From Lophium mytilinum (taxonomy: Eukaryota), in contig MU004190.1 of NCBI GenBank assembly GCA_010093605.1, positions 372,001 through 436,000 on the forward strand: a DNA stretch of 64,000 nt, given 5' to 3'. Below the pieces are notes generated by a model, which saw nothing but the letters and a program-made list of their open reading frames with translations, did not search any database and was not told the origin of the DNA. Shown in pieces: positions 1 through 14,425 of the stretch (the stretch's first letter is position 1; every line of letters begins with the position of its first letter). Made by a program: the position numbers and the translations under genes.

Positions 1-3000
1 CATTTTAATATTATTCTTAACGGGCTTAAGTATAGTAAAATTAATAATAGCCTTATAACTTAATACTATTACCTTAAAGAAATACTATATATAGACCTTA
101 CTAAATATATTAACTTTAGTTTATTAACCTAGTACTAGGTAAAAGATAATATTCTATATAAGGACCGTTATTATATTTAATATAAAAAACGGGCTAATAA
201 AGAGCTCCTTACTATATAGATCTTAGCACGCCGCTTAAATAATGTACACGCGTAGAATAGCTATTATAACTCTAACTGCGCCCGGCGGAAAGTATCTACT
301 ACTAAGACTAATAACTATATTATAGTTAAGAAGACTACTACTATCCCGCTGCTAAGCGTTCTACTACACGTCCGCCTGCGTCTTAGTAAGAAAGAACGCT
401 GCTTTAGCTACTTTAAGAAGAACTACCGCGCCGGTAACTTTAAATATACTATAGCTAGAAAGACTATATTAAAGGCTTAGCGTAATAAGCGCCTTACTAC
501 TGCTAGCATTAATAGTATAGAACTTAATGCTTTTAATTATAGTAGTAATTAGGAGTATTAATATAAGTATAAATGCGAGAATAACTAAGGCTAAGATAAT
601 AATAATAATAAGGCTATCTATTCTAACGGCTTAGAAAATGCTTAATCTCTAATAAAAGTTATTATTAGAGATAGTTAGAAGATATACTAGCTTAAGCTCT
701 TACACGTATCTAAGAGCTTAAGCTACCCCCTCTAAAACCCCCTAATATTAAACTTTTAGCTTGCGCTATTAGACTTGCCCTATTATTAAGTAAATAGATA
801 GACTTTAACTATAGAATTAAGACTTTAACTAGAATAGTTAAATCTATAGTTCTTATAGACTCTAGATATAGCGGATTTATATTTATTTCTATAATCTTTA
901 TAAAATACTATAACCTTAACGTCTATAAGGCTACTCCGCGTAATATTAAACTGCTAAATAGTTCCACCTTAGTTATTAATAAAGTAGCTAAAGTTACTAT
1001 GCAGATTAAAGGACACTATAATAAATTCTAGGCCCTTATCTATAATCTTAAAGGCTATAATATTATTTTTAGTATAGGCTAGCTTATAATGTATAATGCC
1101 TATATAAAATTTAGTACCTAGATAATATAACTAGACTTAGATTACTGCTATTTTTAGTGCCTAGTTAATTATAAACTAGTCTATATCTAGTCTAAAGACC
1201 CTATTACCTGCACTAGTAAACGCCTATTCTAGTAGAAGCTTAATACCTAACTTACTACTTTTAAAGCACTTAATATTAATATAGTATCTAGTAATAAATA
1301 TTTATATAATGCCTAGTAATTACTAGAGAAAGATACTATCTATATATAGCCTAAACACTTTAAGTTAGCGCTTACTAATAAGAAAGCTAAAGCATAGGCG
1401 CGCGCTAAAGGGCGCCCGTATAAATTAGGTAATGTTGTCTTAGGTCTAGCTAATTTTACTAATAACCTAGCGGCTATTAGCCTCTATATAATATTAAAAG
1501 ACAACTAATATAAATTTTTTAAGAAGATGGAGCGCAAACTAATAACCCGCAATAAATTTAAAGCATTAGTACCTATAGAATATTATAGCTTCCTTAATAT
1601 ATAGAATCTAAAGAAAGCTAATAAGCTACTACTGCGCCGTAAAGCTAAAGATGGCATAGATATTAATTACTATATTAATATTAAACCTAGTAGTAAAGCT
1701 CTAGCTTAAAAGGTATATAGCCTTTTATGCGATAAGATATTAGTTATTAAAATCTTTATTAATAAAATGTATAGAAAAGGCTATATTAGAAAAAGTAATA
1801 GCTAATACGCTATACCTATTATTATTATCTATAAACTAGAAGAAGGCCTCCGCATTTATATAGACTATTAAGGTCTTAATACTATTATAATTAAAGCTTA
1901 TAACATTCCGCCGGCTATAAAAGACACCCTCGCGCTATTAAAATACGCTAGATATTATATAAAGTTTAATATTATAGCCGCTTTTAACGCTATTAAAATG
2001 CAAGAAGGAGATAAGAAATACACGGCTTTTCTTACAAGATATGGCCTGTTTAAATTTACTATTCTACCTTTTAGCTTATATAATGCGCTAGTAATATTTT
2101 AAGCCTTTATTAATAATGTACTCTTAGAATATTTAGATAACTTCTATACTACCTATCTTAATAACATTCTTATTTTTAGCAATATACTTAAGGAATATAT
2201 TAGTTACATTAAAAAAGTCCTCTAGCGGCTTTATAAAGCAGGCCTGTTCCTTAATATTACTAAATGTAAATTCTATAAATAGGAAGTTAAGTACTTAGGC
2301 GTTATTATTAGTATTAACAGTCTTAAAATAGATCTAGCTAAGGTTAAGATAGTTATTAACTAGCTATAGCTATAGAACCTCTATAATGTATAAGCCTTTC
2401 TAGGTTTCTATAACTTCTACTAGTAATTTATTATTACCTACTTTAATATTATAGGGCCCCTTATAAGACTTACTAGGGCTAAAGTCTATAAGTAGTTTGC
2501 CTTTCTATAGTAGAAAGAAAGTTTAGAAGATTTCTCCTTTAAATAAATAAAGTAAGCGTTTATTAACGCTTCTTAGATAGCTTATTTTAATCTAGACCTA
2601 GAAATATAGATAGAATATAATGCATCTAATACTATTATAGCTACTATACTATCTTAAATGCAAGCTAATAGTGTTCTCTATTCTATCGCGTTTATATTAT
2701 ATTAAATAAGTTTAGCCTAGCTTAACTATTAGATCTATAATAAAGAACTACTAGCAATTATACACGCTTTTAAAGAATAGCGTACTAAGCTCGCTAGTTA
2801 TAGCTACGGTAATTCTATTAAAGTTCTCTTAGATTACTAAACCCTGCAATACTTTATAGAAACTAAGCAGCTTAACTAATAATAGGCTAGATAGGCTAAA
2901 TTCCTCTTTAAGTTTAACTTCCGCATTACTTATAGACCAGGTAAGGATAATAGAAAGGCTAATTTACTAACTAGACGCCTAGGCAATATACTAGATAAGA

Positions 3001-5610
3001 ATAATAAGCGCTATAAGATTTAGTAATAGACTATTTTTAAGAACTATAACCTAAAACTAGAAATGCGTTACACTATTAAACTAGCTTATATTATAACTAA
3101 TAGTGTTATCTATAATGTAGTTTCTCTTACAGCAATATTATATAACCTTAGTAAAGTAGAACTTAATTAGGGGGAGTCTTAGAGTAACCTTAATAAAGAA
3201 CTATAGAAGTTACTAACGCAGGGGGAGTTATAGAGTAACCCTACTAATAGTGCTATAGAGTAAGATATACTAGATTATATATAAGAAGAACTATAGAAAT
3301 AAGATATTATAGATTATATATAGAAGGCCCTTATTAATAATACTATTAGCAACACTATTAAAGACGCTATTAGAGCTAAGCTACGCCGCTTACCTATAGA
3401 CATTATAAAAAACTATAGCGTTAAGCTTAAACTCTATAATTATATAGTCTATAATAGCCTTATTTTTATTTAAAAGAACCGCCTCTATATTTCTATAAAG
3501 AAGGAACTCTAGTTAGCTATTATTAAGAGCCTTTATAAGCTACTACTAGTTAGCCACGGTAGAACTATATCTACCTATAACCGGGTCTTAATATACTACT
3601 TTTAGCTATAAATAACTTCTAATATTAACTATTATATTAAGGCCTGCTAACTATATAACTACATTAAGTACGCATGCAATATAAAGTAGGGCTTCCTTAA
3701 ACTACTACTAATTTCTAAATAATACTAGACTAATCTTATAGTTAACTTTATTAGCCTACTACCTAAATATATATAGTTTAGATAAGACTACTAATATATT
3801 ATAGTAGTTATTAATAGACTCTCTAAAATGCGCAAATTTATTCTAATAGTAATAATAGACGCTAAGAAAGTAGCATAAGCCTTTCTAGAATAGGTCTAGC
3901 GTACTAAAGAATACCTAGAGTCTATTATATCTAATCGCGGATTATAATTTATATTAATCTTCTAGTCCCACCTATATAAATATATTAAAATAAAACTAAA
4001 GCTATCTACTACTTTCTATCTAGAGATAGATAGATAAATAGAAATCGCTAATATAGGCCTAAAGTAATACCTTAGAGCATATATTAACTACTAGTAAGAT
4101 AATTAGTATAACTTTCTTACTATTACTAAATTTAAGGCTAACTTATTAAAGAACGCCTCTACTAGAGTAGCGCTATTTATAGCTACTAAAGGCTATATTT
4201 CTAGCGTAGGCACTATACTAACTATATAGCTGCCTAATAACGCGAACGCGCTAATAGTCTATCTTATAAAGCTTATAGATAAATTTATTACTAGAATAGA
4301 TAAGCTTTACGCGTTTCTCTATATAGAGATTAAATAGGCCTAAGCTAAGTAAAAGAAATACACTAATATAGGATAATAACTAGCTTATATATATTATCTA
4401 GGTAATTAAGTTATACTTAATAGGCAGTTTATTAAAATAAACCGCCTAAATAAGAAACTTAACTTTAAAAAGCTAGGCCCCTTTAAAGTCCTTAAGAGCT
4501 ATAAAAACGGCAGCGCCTATAAGCTTAACTTATCTAAAGGTATAGAGAATTTATACCCGGTGTTCTATTCTTAGCTTCTTTATCTAGCTAACGCTGTTCC
4601 TATAAAAGGATAATATAATTCTAAGCCTCTATCTATTTAGACTATACCTATATACTAGAAAGGCAATGCAGAGGAAGTTATTAATTACCGCCTAGATAGA
4701 AGACGCCTTAATCTAACTACTAGTAAAAGGGGCATGCTCTAGTATAAGATTAAGTTTATTAGATAGAATAATAAACCCTAATAGAATAACTATAATTACG
4801 CTAATAGTTATTTATATCTTATAGTAGACTTTTACTATTACTACCCTAAGAAGCTAGGTTCTTACCTATTATTTAAACTACTATTAAACTAGAAACTAAC
4901 CTTAGCTACTATTCTTACTACTATAGACCTCCGCATAACTAATGCTATAGAAGCTACGTAATTTAATTACTAGACTAGCGGTTAAATTAATTTATTAAGG
5001 AGGCCTAACCGCGGATGTACATAATAATTAATATAATATAATAGTGTAAATTATTATAAGTATCTAGTAGCAGGCTAGCAGCTATAAAGGCTATATAGCT
5101 CCTTATAGCCCTATTATAGCCGGCCCTAGTCTAGATAAATAAGGCTACCTATAGTAATACTATATATAGTAATACTATATATAGCTATACTACTATACTA
5201 AAAATAGTAAGGCTATATAAAAATAGAAAGAATAAATAATCCTCTATAAATTAGTCTATTTTCTTTATTTACTTATAACTAAAATATAATTAGGTACTTA
5301 TTTAATAGATATTTAAAGCGGTTATAGATACTCTAGTATAGAAAGGACTCTCTCTTATAAAAGCTTTAATTAGGGGCTTCTTTAGAGGGGGGAGATATAT
5401 TATAGCTATATAATTGCGCATAATATATAACTAGAGGTTATATAATAGAGGCTCTATAGAACGGGTAAATATTACTCTACCCTTTAAGTTATTATAATAT
5501 CTATTCTAGAAACCTCTTTCTCTCTTATATTTATCTTTTATTAATATTAATACTATTTAATCTAATAATTCTAATACTCTAACCTTAAGCCCTAATAAGA
5601 TATACTAACA
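1..5610 (+). mobile_element. RIP-inactivated Ty3/Gypsy chromovirus-type LTR retrotransposon (element 1); 5' part lies upstream of the window
   Basis: De-RIPed motifs in order: gag Zn knuckle (~395-440), protease LIDSG (~850), RT LRICIDY..GLN (~1850) and YLDDILIFS (~2152), RNase H (~2600-2950), integrase (~3500-4300), chromodomain (~4670-4850). Purine tract GAGGGGGGAGA at ~5385-5395 precedes a putative 3' LTR. Confidence 0.9.
5398..5610 (+). repeat. putative 3' LTR of element 1
   Basis: Starts TATTATAGC (RIPed TGT...) right after the PPT and ends ...CTAACA just before the gag of element 2; the partner LTR is outside the window, so ends are inferred. Confidence 0.55.
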
Positions 5611-8600
5611 TCTAGATATATGTCTATAGAATAGACTTCTACTAATAAAGAGATAGTACGCCCTAATATAGGTAACTTTATACCTTAATAATAGGTATAT
5701 ATTATAGCTATTATATAATAGGCCCTTTAGGCTTTTAACTTTCTATAGCCGGCTCTAGGCCCCCTAGGCCCCCTAGGCGCTTCTAGCGCTTCTAGCGCTT
5801 ATAGTAACTAGGGTCCTCCGGGCGCTAATACTAAGAATAGAGGCGGCGGTAATAGAGGCTTCTAAAACTAAAAGATTAGTTACTTCTAGCCTAATCTTAA
5901 AGACTCCCTTAGTAAAGGTAATATAGTCTACTTAGAAAGTAATATATATATCTATAATATCTATATATTTATAGACTATATTAAGAACGTAGCCTAGCTA
6001 TAGTTAGAGAACTAGGTTAAGTTATAACTCTCTTAGTACTTATAAGGGAGTGCTCTTAGCTAGTACACGTTAGCCCTTACTAAAATTAAGAAGATAGAGC
6101 TTTATTACGCTACCCTTTTAAAAGAATAGTATAGTATACTAATTTATTAATTTAAAGAGCCGTTAACCTAGTCTCTTAGTAAGCTAACTACTATAACCTA
6201 TACTTTCTAAAATATAAAGAGTTACTATAGTATCTCTATATATATCTTTAACGTGCTATATAGTATAAAAGTGTTAAATATTAACTCTAAGAATAGCTCT
6301 TAGAACGGCCTCTTCTTTACTTAGAAGGGTATTAATCTACTTCTTAGAAATAGGCTTATAGCCTCTATAGAGAATACTTTTATCTATAACTTTATATAGT
6401 TATTAGAAGCCTAATAAAATAACTAGAGAGACTTAGCTAACGTCTATCTATATAATAAGATATAGTCTTAAATATAAGTTATAATATCCGCAATAAAAGG
6501 TTAGTATAACTTCTTTAATTCTAGATATAATTTCTAGGTATCTATCCCCTATAGAAACGGCTTTAGTAGAGGCGCTAGTAGTTTTAGCTATAGCTATAGT
6601 AACTATATACTCTATAGAAACCGCTATAATAATTATTAAATAGCTACTTATGCCTTATAATAGCTAAATATAAATAACCTATAGAAGTAATAAGCTCTAC
6701 TACCTCTACCTCTATAATAACCCCTTATAATTATAAGCGGCAACATACTATAGCGCTAGAACCTTAGCAGATCTGTAAGCTTAGGCGTAAACTAGTAACC
6801 TTTTAGAGGAGGCCGTCCGGGCTTCTAGTAATAGCCCCTTCGCCCCTTTTAGTAGTCCTACTTTAGTAACGCTAATAACTAAGTTTTCTAGAAAGGCTAT
6901 TAAATAGCTGTTAAAGAGATATACTTATATCTTAGCCTAGTAGAGCCCCACGTTATTAATAATAATAACCCCGCTAAATATAAGAAAGCTTCTAAGCCTA
7001 AAGAAGCTACTGCCGGGTTTATAGATATTATATATATTAACTCTAGCTATACTATAATATTACTAGCTATTCTATAGCTATATTATAGCTATAGAACCTA
7101 TATAAAGAACTTCCCCTTATAAAACTATTTATTTATTTATATATATAGTAAGTACCGGCCTATAATAAAGGCCTCTAGGAAGTTCTTATTATAAGCCTCT
7201 AAGAAGCCCGCGTTATAGCTAACTAAGGCGCTTACTTCCCCTCTAAAGTTAGACGCCGGCCTACTATAAAATAGCTATATAGCCTTCTCTTCTATTAAGA
7301 CTCTAGAGTAACCTATTAAGACTCTAGAAGCCCCTATTATAATCTTATTATTAGCTATATTAACTTTTTAAGAACCTATTATAATTAGCTCTTACGTATC
7401 TATTCCTCTTAGTACAGGCTATAACTTCTAAAAGTAGTACTATATTACTATCTAGGCTAGCCTTATAAGAGGCGGTATAAAGAACGCTCTTAATAGTATC
7501 TACCTAGACTCTAGAAATACTATAATACTTATTAATAAGGCCTTTTTAGGTTACTAGAATTTTAAGGCTAATATTAAGACTATAGATGCTCCTATTATAG
7601 TTAGAGAAGTTAGAAATAAGCTTATACTATTAATAGCGTTCGCGGTAATAGAGCTATTTATACCCGGGCTTACTAATATAAGTAATAGAAAGCTAGCTAT
7701 TACGCATTTAAAGTTTAAGGCGCACGTTATTAACGCCCTTAAAGTAAATTTACTTCTAGGCTCTAATATTATAGTTCTATATAGTATAGTTATTAACTTT
7801 ATAAGTAAGTAACTATAAATCTATAAGTGCGGTAACTTCTATACGCCTATTATAGTAAAAGTAAAGAAGGGTATATAAGGCGTTAGAAGAACTATTAAAT
7901 TAAAGGTATAGGTTATAGTACCTAGAAATATAGTACTATAAGTACCTATCTTAATTAAGAAATAGTATAACCTGCCGCGAAACTATAATTATAGCTTCCT
8001 TCCCTAATTTAGGTCTCTAAGGCTTAGAGATAGTAGAGAAGTATACGCCTATATTACTAACGCTAATATAATATTTATTTATATCTATAATATAAACCTA
8101 GAACCTACTATTATCTTATAGAATATATAGTTAGGCGTTCTTATAGACTATTCTAAAGAGGGCGCCTATTAAGTAGATATTAATTACGCCCTTATAGCTA
8201 CTCGCCCTCTACTAATTTATAGTCTTAGCGTTTAAAACGTTAAAAACTAGTAATATAACTTATATAATAATATTATTAAGAGCTAAAACTCTATATATAT
8301 TCGCGAGACATAAAGTTCTACTAGGATAATAGCTTCTACAGCGTTGCGGCCTTCTATAACTACATCGCCCTCTATAATACTAGCATCTTTAATAATATAT
8401 TCTTCTATAGCGCTACTATTTATAATATTATTCTTAATAATACTATTTCTTATAAAGCCGTTCTCTATAACGCTATCTACCCCGGCGTCTCTATTAATGC
8501 GCCCTTCTATAGCGCCGCCTTCTACAGCGCTATCCTCTACGTTACTATCTATAACTTACCTATTTAAATATTAAGAAGCCTTTAGCGTTACCTTATAGGG

Positions 8601-11600
8601 AGACGCTAATATAGCGGCATAGCTTAATTAAGTTATTTTTAATAAGCTATCTCTCTTTATAAATAATAGAAAGATAGTTAATCTACCTAAAGATTAATAG
8701 CTCTAAATCCCGCTTATAAATAACTAGAATACTACTAGTATAAAGCTAGCTTACTAGGTCTACCCCCTCGGGCCTAAGAAGAAGGCTATTATTAATAAGC
8801 AGTTTAATAAGCTATATTAATAAGGCCGTATAGAATAGGTAAATAAACCTATACCTTTTAGCTTTCTAGTATTTATTATATAGAAAACGGTCGTTATAAA
8901 TAACCCTAATAGCTTATTAACCTAGATTCTAGTTTAGAAAGGCAGGGTTGTTATTAATATTCGTGGGTTAAATAAAGTAACTACTCTAGATACCTATCTA
9001 ATACTATTATAGACTAATATTACCTCTATAGTTATAGGCGCCTAATATATATCTATCTATAACGCCGCGTTATTCTTCTATTAGTAGTAAGTAGTAATAA
9101 AGAACTGCCTAAAGCTTATTATAGTTACTTACTATAGCTAAGAATATTTTAACGTTGCCGTCTAGGGCTATAGAAATAGCCCGCCCTATATCTAGTAATA
9201 GATTAATTAGATTCTATAGACTTATAGGCTTCTAAACTTTACTAGAGTATATATAGATAATATTATAATCTTTAGTAGAAGTCTAGATAAGTATATTAAA
9301 TACCTCTATTATATATTTTAGACGCTTAGCTTATATAAGATTATACTCTTACTATCTAAATTCTTTCTTAGGTACCCGTTAATTATACTTCTAGAATAGA
9401 AGGTTAATAGCTTTAGACTTATAACTACTAAGAAGAAGCTATTAGCTATTTATAGCCTTTACTTCTCTAAAATCTTAATAGATCTAGAAATATATCTTAG
9501 TATAACTAGCTAGTTCTACTTAAAGATTCTATACTACGCTAAGCTTATAAAGCCCTTATAAGATCTAAAGATAGCTATATTAAAGGGAGCTCTAAAATTA
9601 GAATATGCATGCGCCTACTATATAAAGACGTCCCGCATTAAACCGCTATTTATATCTAAGTAGTATATATTCTATAAAGCTATATAGAGGGAGTTTAGCA
9701 ACCCTAAAATAACTATATACTTTTCCCCTAAGAGACTACTATTTATAGACGTTAACGCCTTTAAAAAGAGAGGCTTTAGGGTTATTATCTATTATATTAA
9801 GGATAACCTAAAGCTAGAGGCTATTACTAAAGTTAATAGCGCCTAGATAGAGCCTATACTCTTTCTTAGTAAGGTTCTATTACTAGCTAAGTATAACTAC
9901 TAGCCTATAGAGTTAGAGGTTGCATGCCTTATATAGGTAATTTAACGCGTGCACCACCTTATTAACTTAATAGATTATTCTCTAACTATAGTATTTATAG
10001 ACTACGCCGCTACGGCCGGGATTACTAGGCAGACCTTATTAACGTCTTTATCTATTAATTACCTAAATACTAGGCTAATCTAGGCGTTATAATACTTATT
10101 ATAGTTCTAACTTAATATATACTATAAGCTAGAAAAGTAAAATATAGTACCTAACGCCTTATCGCGGCTAGCGGCTGTAGATAAGACGTCCGCGACTAAT
10201 ACCTTAGAAGAGCTCTTAATAAGTAATATAGATATCCCCGCCTAAAATATAGATATCTTTATCTATAATATAAATATAGTAGTTCTTAAGCCTAGGTACT
10301 ATAATAAGCTAATCTACGCCTATAGTACTAATAAGTAATAGGCTAGCTTAGCTATCTCTAAAGCTAACAGCGCGCTCTTTATCTACTCTAATAACCTTAT
10401 CTACTATATTAACCTATTTAATAGTTGCCGGCGCCTATATATTCTATAGTTTCTAGAAGGTAATATCTTTAAGCTTAATTATAATAAGCGCGCCTATAAT
10501 AGCTTCTATAGAATATATAAATATATTTATTAGAACTTCTTTATCTATAAGCTTGCCTAACGCCTGCGCCTATATATTAACTACTATTAGCTATACTAAA
10601 TAACTTAAATGCTATACTACTAACCTTATAGGTTACTAAAGTCTATATAGACGCCGTCTATACTATTTTATATAGTTATATTAGACTTTATTATTAGCCT
10701 TCTAGCTACCCCTTAAAGCTTTAACGCCTTTCTCTCTATTATCTACTACTTCTTTAAGGCGGTTATACTAGCGCCGGGCAAGAATATATATATAGGTAAG
10801 AAATAGGCTAACGCCTTCTACCTTTATTAGGTTCTATAATTTAGTGTACCTTTTACTATAATTATAGATTATAATAAGAAGTTCTTATCTATATTTTAGA
10901 GGGCCCTATTCTAGAAATAAGGTATAAAGATAATACTCTTAATAGCCTATTACCTCTAGAGTAATAGATAGTTAGAATATATAAACTAGATAGCTAAAAT
11001 TACTCTTAGGTTCTACCTATTAAGCCTAGATATAGATAGAGACTAGGTTAGTTTCTTACCTATTCTTTAGTTTATTATAAATAATAGCGCGTATAAGGCT
11101 ATTAGTAACTAGAGCCTATATAAGGTTATCTACGGCCAACGCCTTAATAAGAGGCTTAACGCGGTTAATAATAAAGCGCCGTAACTCCCTATTAAGACTC
11201 TAGAACTACTTATTAAGACTCTAGAACTTTTTATTAAGACTTTAGAACTCTCTATTAAGACTCTAGAACTACCTAGTAAGACTCTAGGGTAACCTATTAA
11301 TGCTATAGCCTTTAATAATATTGCTGCAGCTAAGCTATATACTGCACGCTGCGCCGCTAGGTAGAAAGCTACTAATATAATTACTTTTATATAAGCCTAT
11401 ATAAAGCTAAGGTATAATATAAGCTATAAACCTTTAGTTCTTATATTTAGTAACCTTATATATCTATGCCTGTATAAGGGCTATAGCGTTCTAGAAGCTA
11501 ATAGAAAGTTTAGATAATAGTATATTAGGCCTTTTATAGTTATATAGGCTATTAGCGCGCAGGCCTATAAACTAGAACTACTATCTTATTTTTAAATACA

Positions 11601-14425
11601 CCCGGTTATTTTAATTAAATAACTTAAGCCTACTTCCGCTAATAACTCTTTTAGACGCCCGCGTCTAGTACACCCTCCGGCGGTTAAGGATAAATATAAT
11701 AATAATAACTCCGCCTACTTTAAGGTCTATAGGCTCTTAGATAGACGGGTCTATTACTATAGTTAAGTATAAACTATATATATAGAGTACCTTATAAGCT
11801 AGAAGAGCTATAGTATTAAAGATAATAAGTAGGTTTAATATAATAATATTAATAAGAACCTTATAGACGCTTATAACGCCGCGTATATCTAACCTTTAGC
11901 AGTTTTAAATATTATAGACTCTATCTATTACTACTACGCTACTATTATTTACTAGGCCGCTTTACTAGGCCGCTATTATTTACTAGGCCGCTATTATTTA
12001 CTAGGCCGCCTCTTTACTGCCTTAGCTATTATAACTTCTTATATATAAGAAGCCGTCTACTTCTATAGCTTTTATAAAGACGTTAATTATAAAGCTATTA
12101 ACTTTAATAACTTCTATAACTTCTAAAATTTACTTAGAAGCCCTCTATCCTTTATAAGCTATTATGCTATATTATTATTTATAAGCCTCTAGATTACTAA
12201 ATCTTAGATATTTATTAGTACTAGTTATTAAGGGTAATAATATCTTTTAGTATAGGTAATTATTATAGGTTTATATAGATAACTACTTATTAGAGCTATA
12301 TATACTATATAGCACGTAATAGACGCCTATATATAAAATATTAGACGCCGGCGTTAGATACGCCGACGCTGTACAGCCCTTAAGGCTGCGCCTACTAGCT
12401 AGCTAATAAGATAACCTTTATAACCTCTACTTTTATACTAGTTATAGTAGTTAACGCTATAGTTTAATAGGGCTAGAAGATAAGGGTATTATACTTCTTA
12501 GCCTGCTAGAAGGCTATATTTTATATATCTATAGTATAGATATATTATATAAAGTTATTAAAGTAATTATATATTACGCTATTAACTAGTTTAGATTATA
12601 GGTAGGGCGTAAGGCGTGTTTTAAATTAGTAGATAAGCTTAGCTAGCCCTTAGTTAAGGTTGCTAATAATATTAAGAAAGTAGTTATAAAAGGTTATAAA
12701 TAAGTTATTATCTATATAGAGAGTCTTAAGTTATATTAGTATCTTAGCCTTAATATTATATTTACTATAGCTATTATTAAGAAAGTAGAGGGCGTTAGTC
12801 TTATTATAGATAATTTAATTATAGCGCTATACCTAGATATGCTTAAAGGGTCCGCCTAATAAAACACTCTTAATATAGTTAAGCTTATAGCTATCTATCT
12901 CTTTAGAAAAGGCGTAGTAAATCTTAGTAAGAACTTTACTACGCTAGATTAGATATACGTCTAGGTCCTCTCTATTAAATATAACTAGGTCCGGCTAGCA
13001 GTAGTTATACTAGTAGGACGCTAATAATAGTAGCTAAGTATAGGGTAGAGTATAGCTATTATAGTAGCTATTATTATAATATTAGTTATCTAAACGCTTA
13101 TTATATAGAGATATAGAGCGGCGGGCTTAGTTACTACTACTATAGAGATTTATATTTAGAGTAGAAGAAGTATATCTAGGCTTTATATAGCTATAGCTAT
13201 TATAACTATAGTTATTAGGCCTACCTAGTAGTTATTCTCTAGTCCCGCCGTTTATCCGCTAATAGTTAATATTATTATCGCGCCGCTTATTATTATTAAA
13301 ATAAACGGGCCCTTTAGATATTATCTTAGTAGGCTTAGACTATTATTATTATTAGAGCTTATATATATAAGCCTAGGCAGCCTAAAGGCTAAGCTTAAAA
13401 TTATTAAGCTAGATCTTTAGGTCTATAATAATCTTATCTATATTATTAAACTACTTATAGAGGTTTATAGATATATTCTTCTATTTCTCTAAGCCGGCGC
13501 CGTAGTTATTAATATAGATATTAGTACTCTTAACTAGAGGGCGTAGTAGTTTAAAGGCTTTAAGCGGCTTAGAATTTACCTATTAATAGAACTTAAATAA
13601 GTTCTAGAATATAGTACCTTCTAGCTTTATAGTTAGGTTCTTAATATTATATAAGTTTAGAAGAAGGTTAAAGGTAATAGGGCTCTCTATAATCTAGAAG
13701 TCTATACTAATAGTATAGAAGTTCTAGGTATTAAGGGCCTCTGCTATAGCTATATTAAGTAGCTTACTAATGCGCTTACGCTACTTAGTAAGACAGTTTT
13801 ATTAATTCTTTATATATAAGGCTAAGCAGTTAAGGTCTACTTATAGTATCTTTTTATCTACTTTCTTAAAGATGTCGCCCTAAGTATAGTCCTATATTTT
13901 ATTAATATTCTAGTAACTAACCTCCCCCTTACCTTATAAAATATTAGAGTTATAGAGTTACTTACTAGGCGTATTAATATAGTTAGTTATACCTAGTTAT
14001 TTATAGTAAGGCCTAGGCTTTATATAGTATAGAAAATAAGAAGAGAGTATTAGAGTAATTAAGTAAGTAAGTAAGTAAGAAAAAAAAATATATTAGTTTT
14101 AAAGTTAGTAATTAAGTAACTATATAGCTAAATCTTAAAGCTAGTAATAGTATCTATATAGGTGCGCGCGTATATAGTAGTATAGCTATATAAAAAAAAA
14201 TTAAGGTTTCTATATTTCTATATTTCTAGGTTTTAAAGAATAATATAACCTAGTATTAGGTTTATAGCTAAGAAAAGAGTTATATTACTATTAATAAGGT
14301 TATATAGAGAGGAGAGAGGCTCTAGCTATAGGCCTACTATATAGTTAAGTGCGCGCCGGTAGAACCCTAGGCGCCGGTAGAACTCTAGGCGCTAGAAGAA
14401 CTCTTAGCCTAGAGATTATATAACA
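5611..14425 (+). mobile_element. RIP-inactivated Ty3/Gypsy element of a second family (element 2), gag-pol plus long 3' region; 5' LTR upstream of the window
   Basis: Pro/Gly-rich gag start (~5750-5830), protease (~7505), RT GRVVIDIRGLNK (~8941), DAALFFYQW-like (~9061), YIDDI-like (~9250), RNase H IDVDAS-like (~9745), integrase (~10500-11200), chromodomain (~11720-11890). The 3' end ...TATAACA at ~14425 abuts an unrelated RT fragment. Confidence 0.85.
11189..11300 (+). repeat. ~21-bp tandem repeat (CTATTAAGACTCTAGAAC core) in element 2 integrase C-terminal region
   Basis: About five degenerate copies; the same core also occurs twice at ~7292-7335. Confidence 0.8.
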
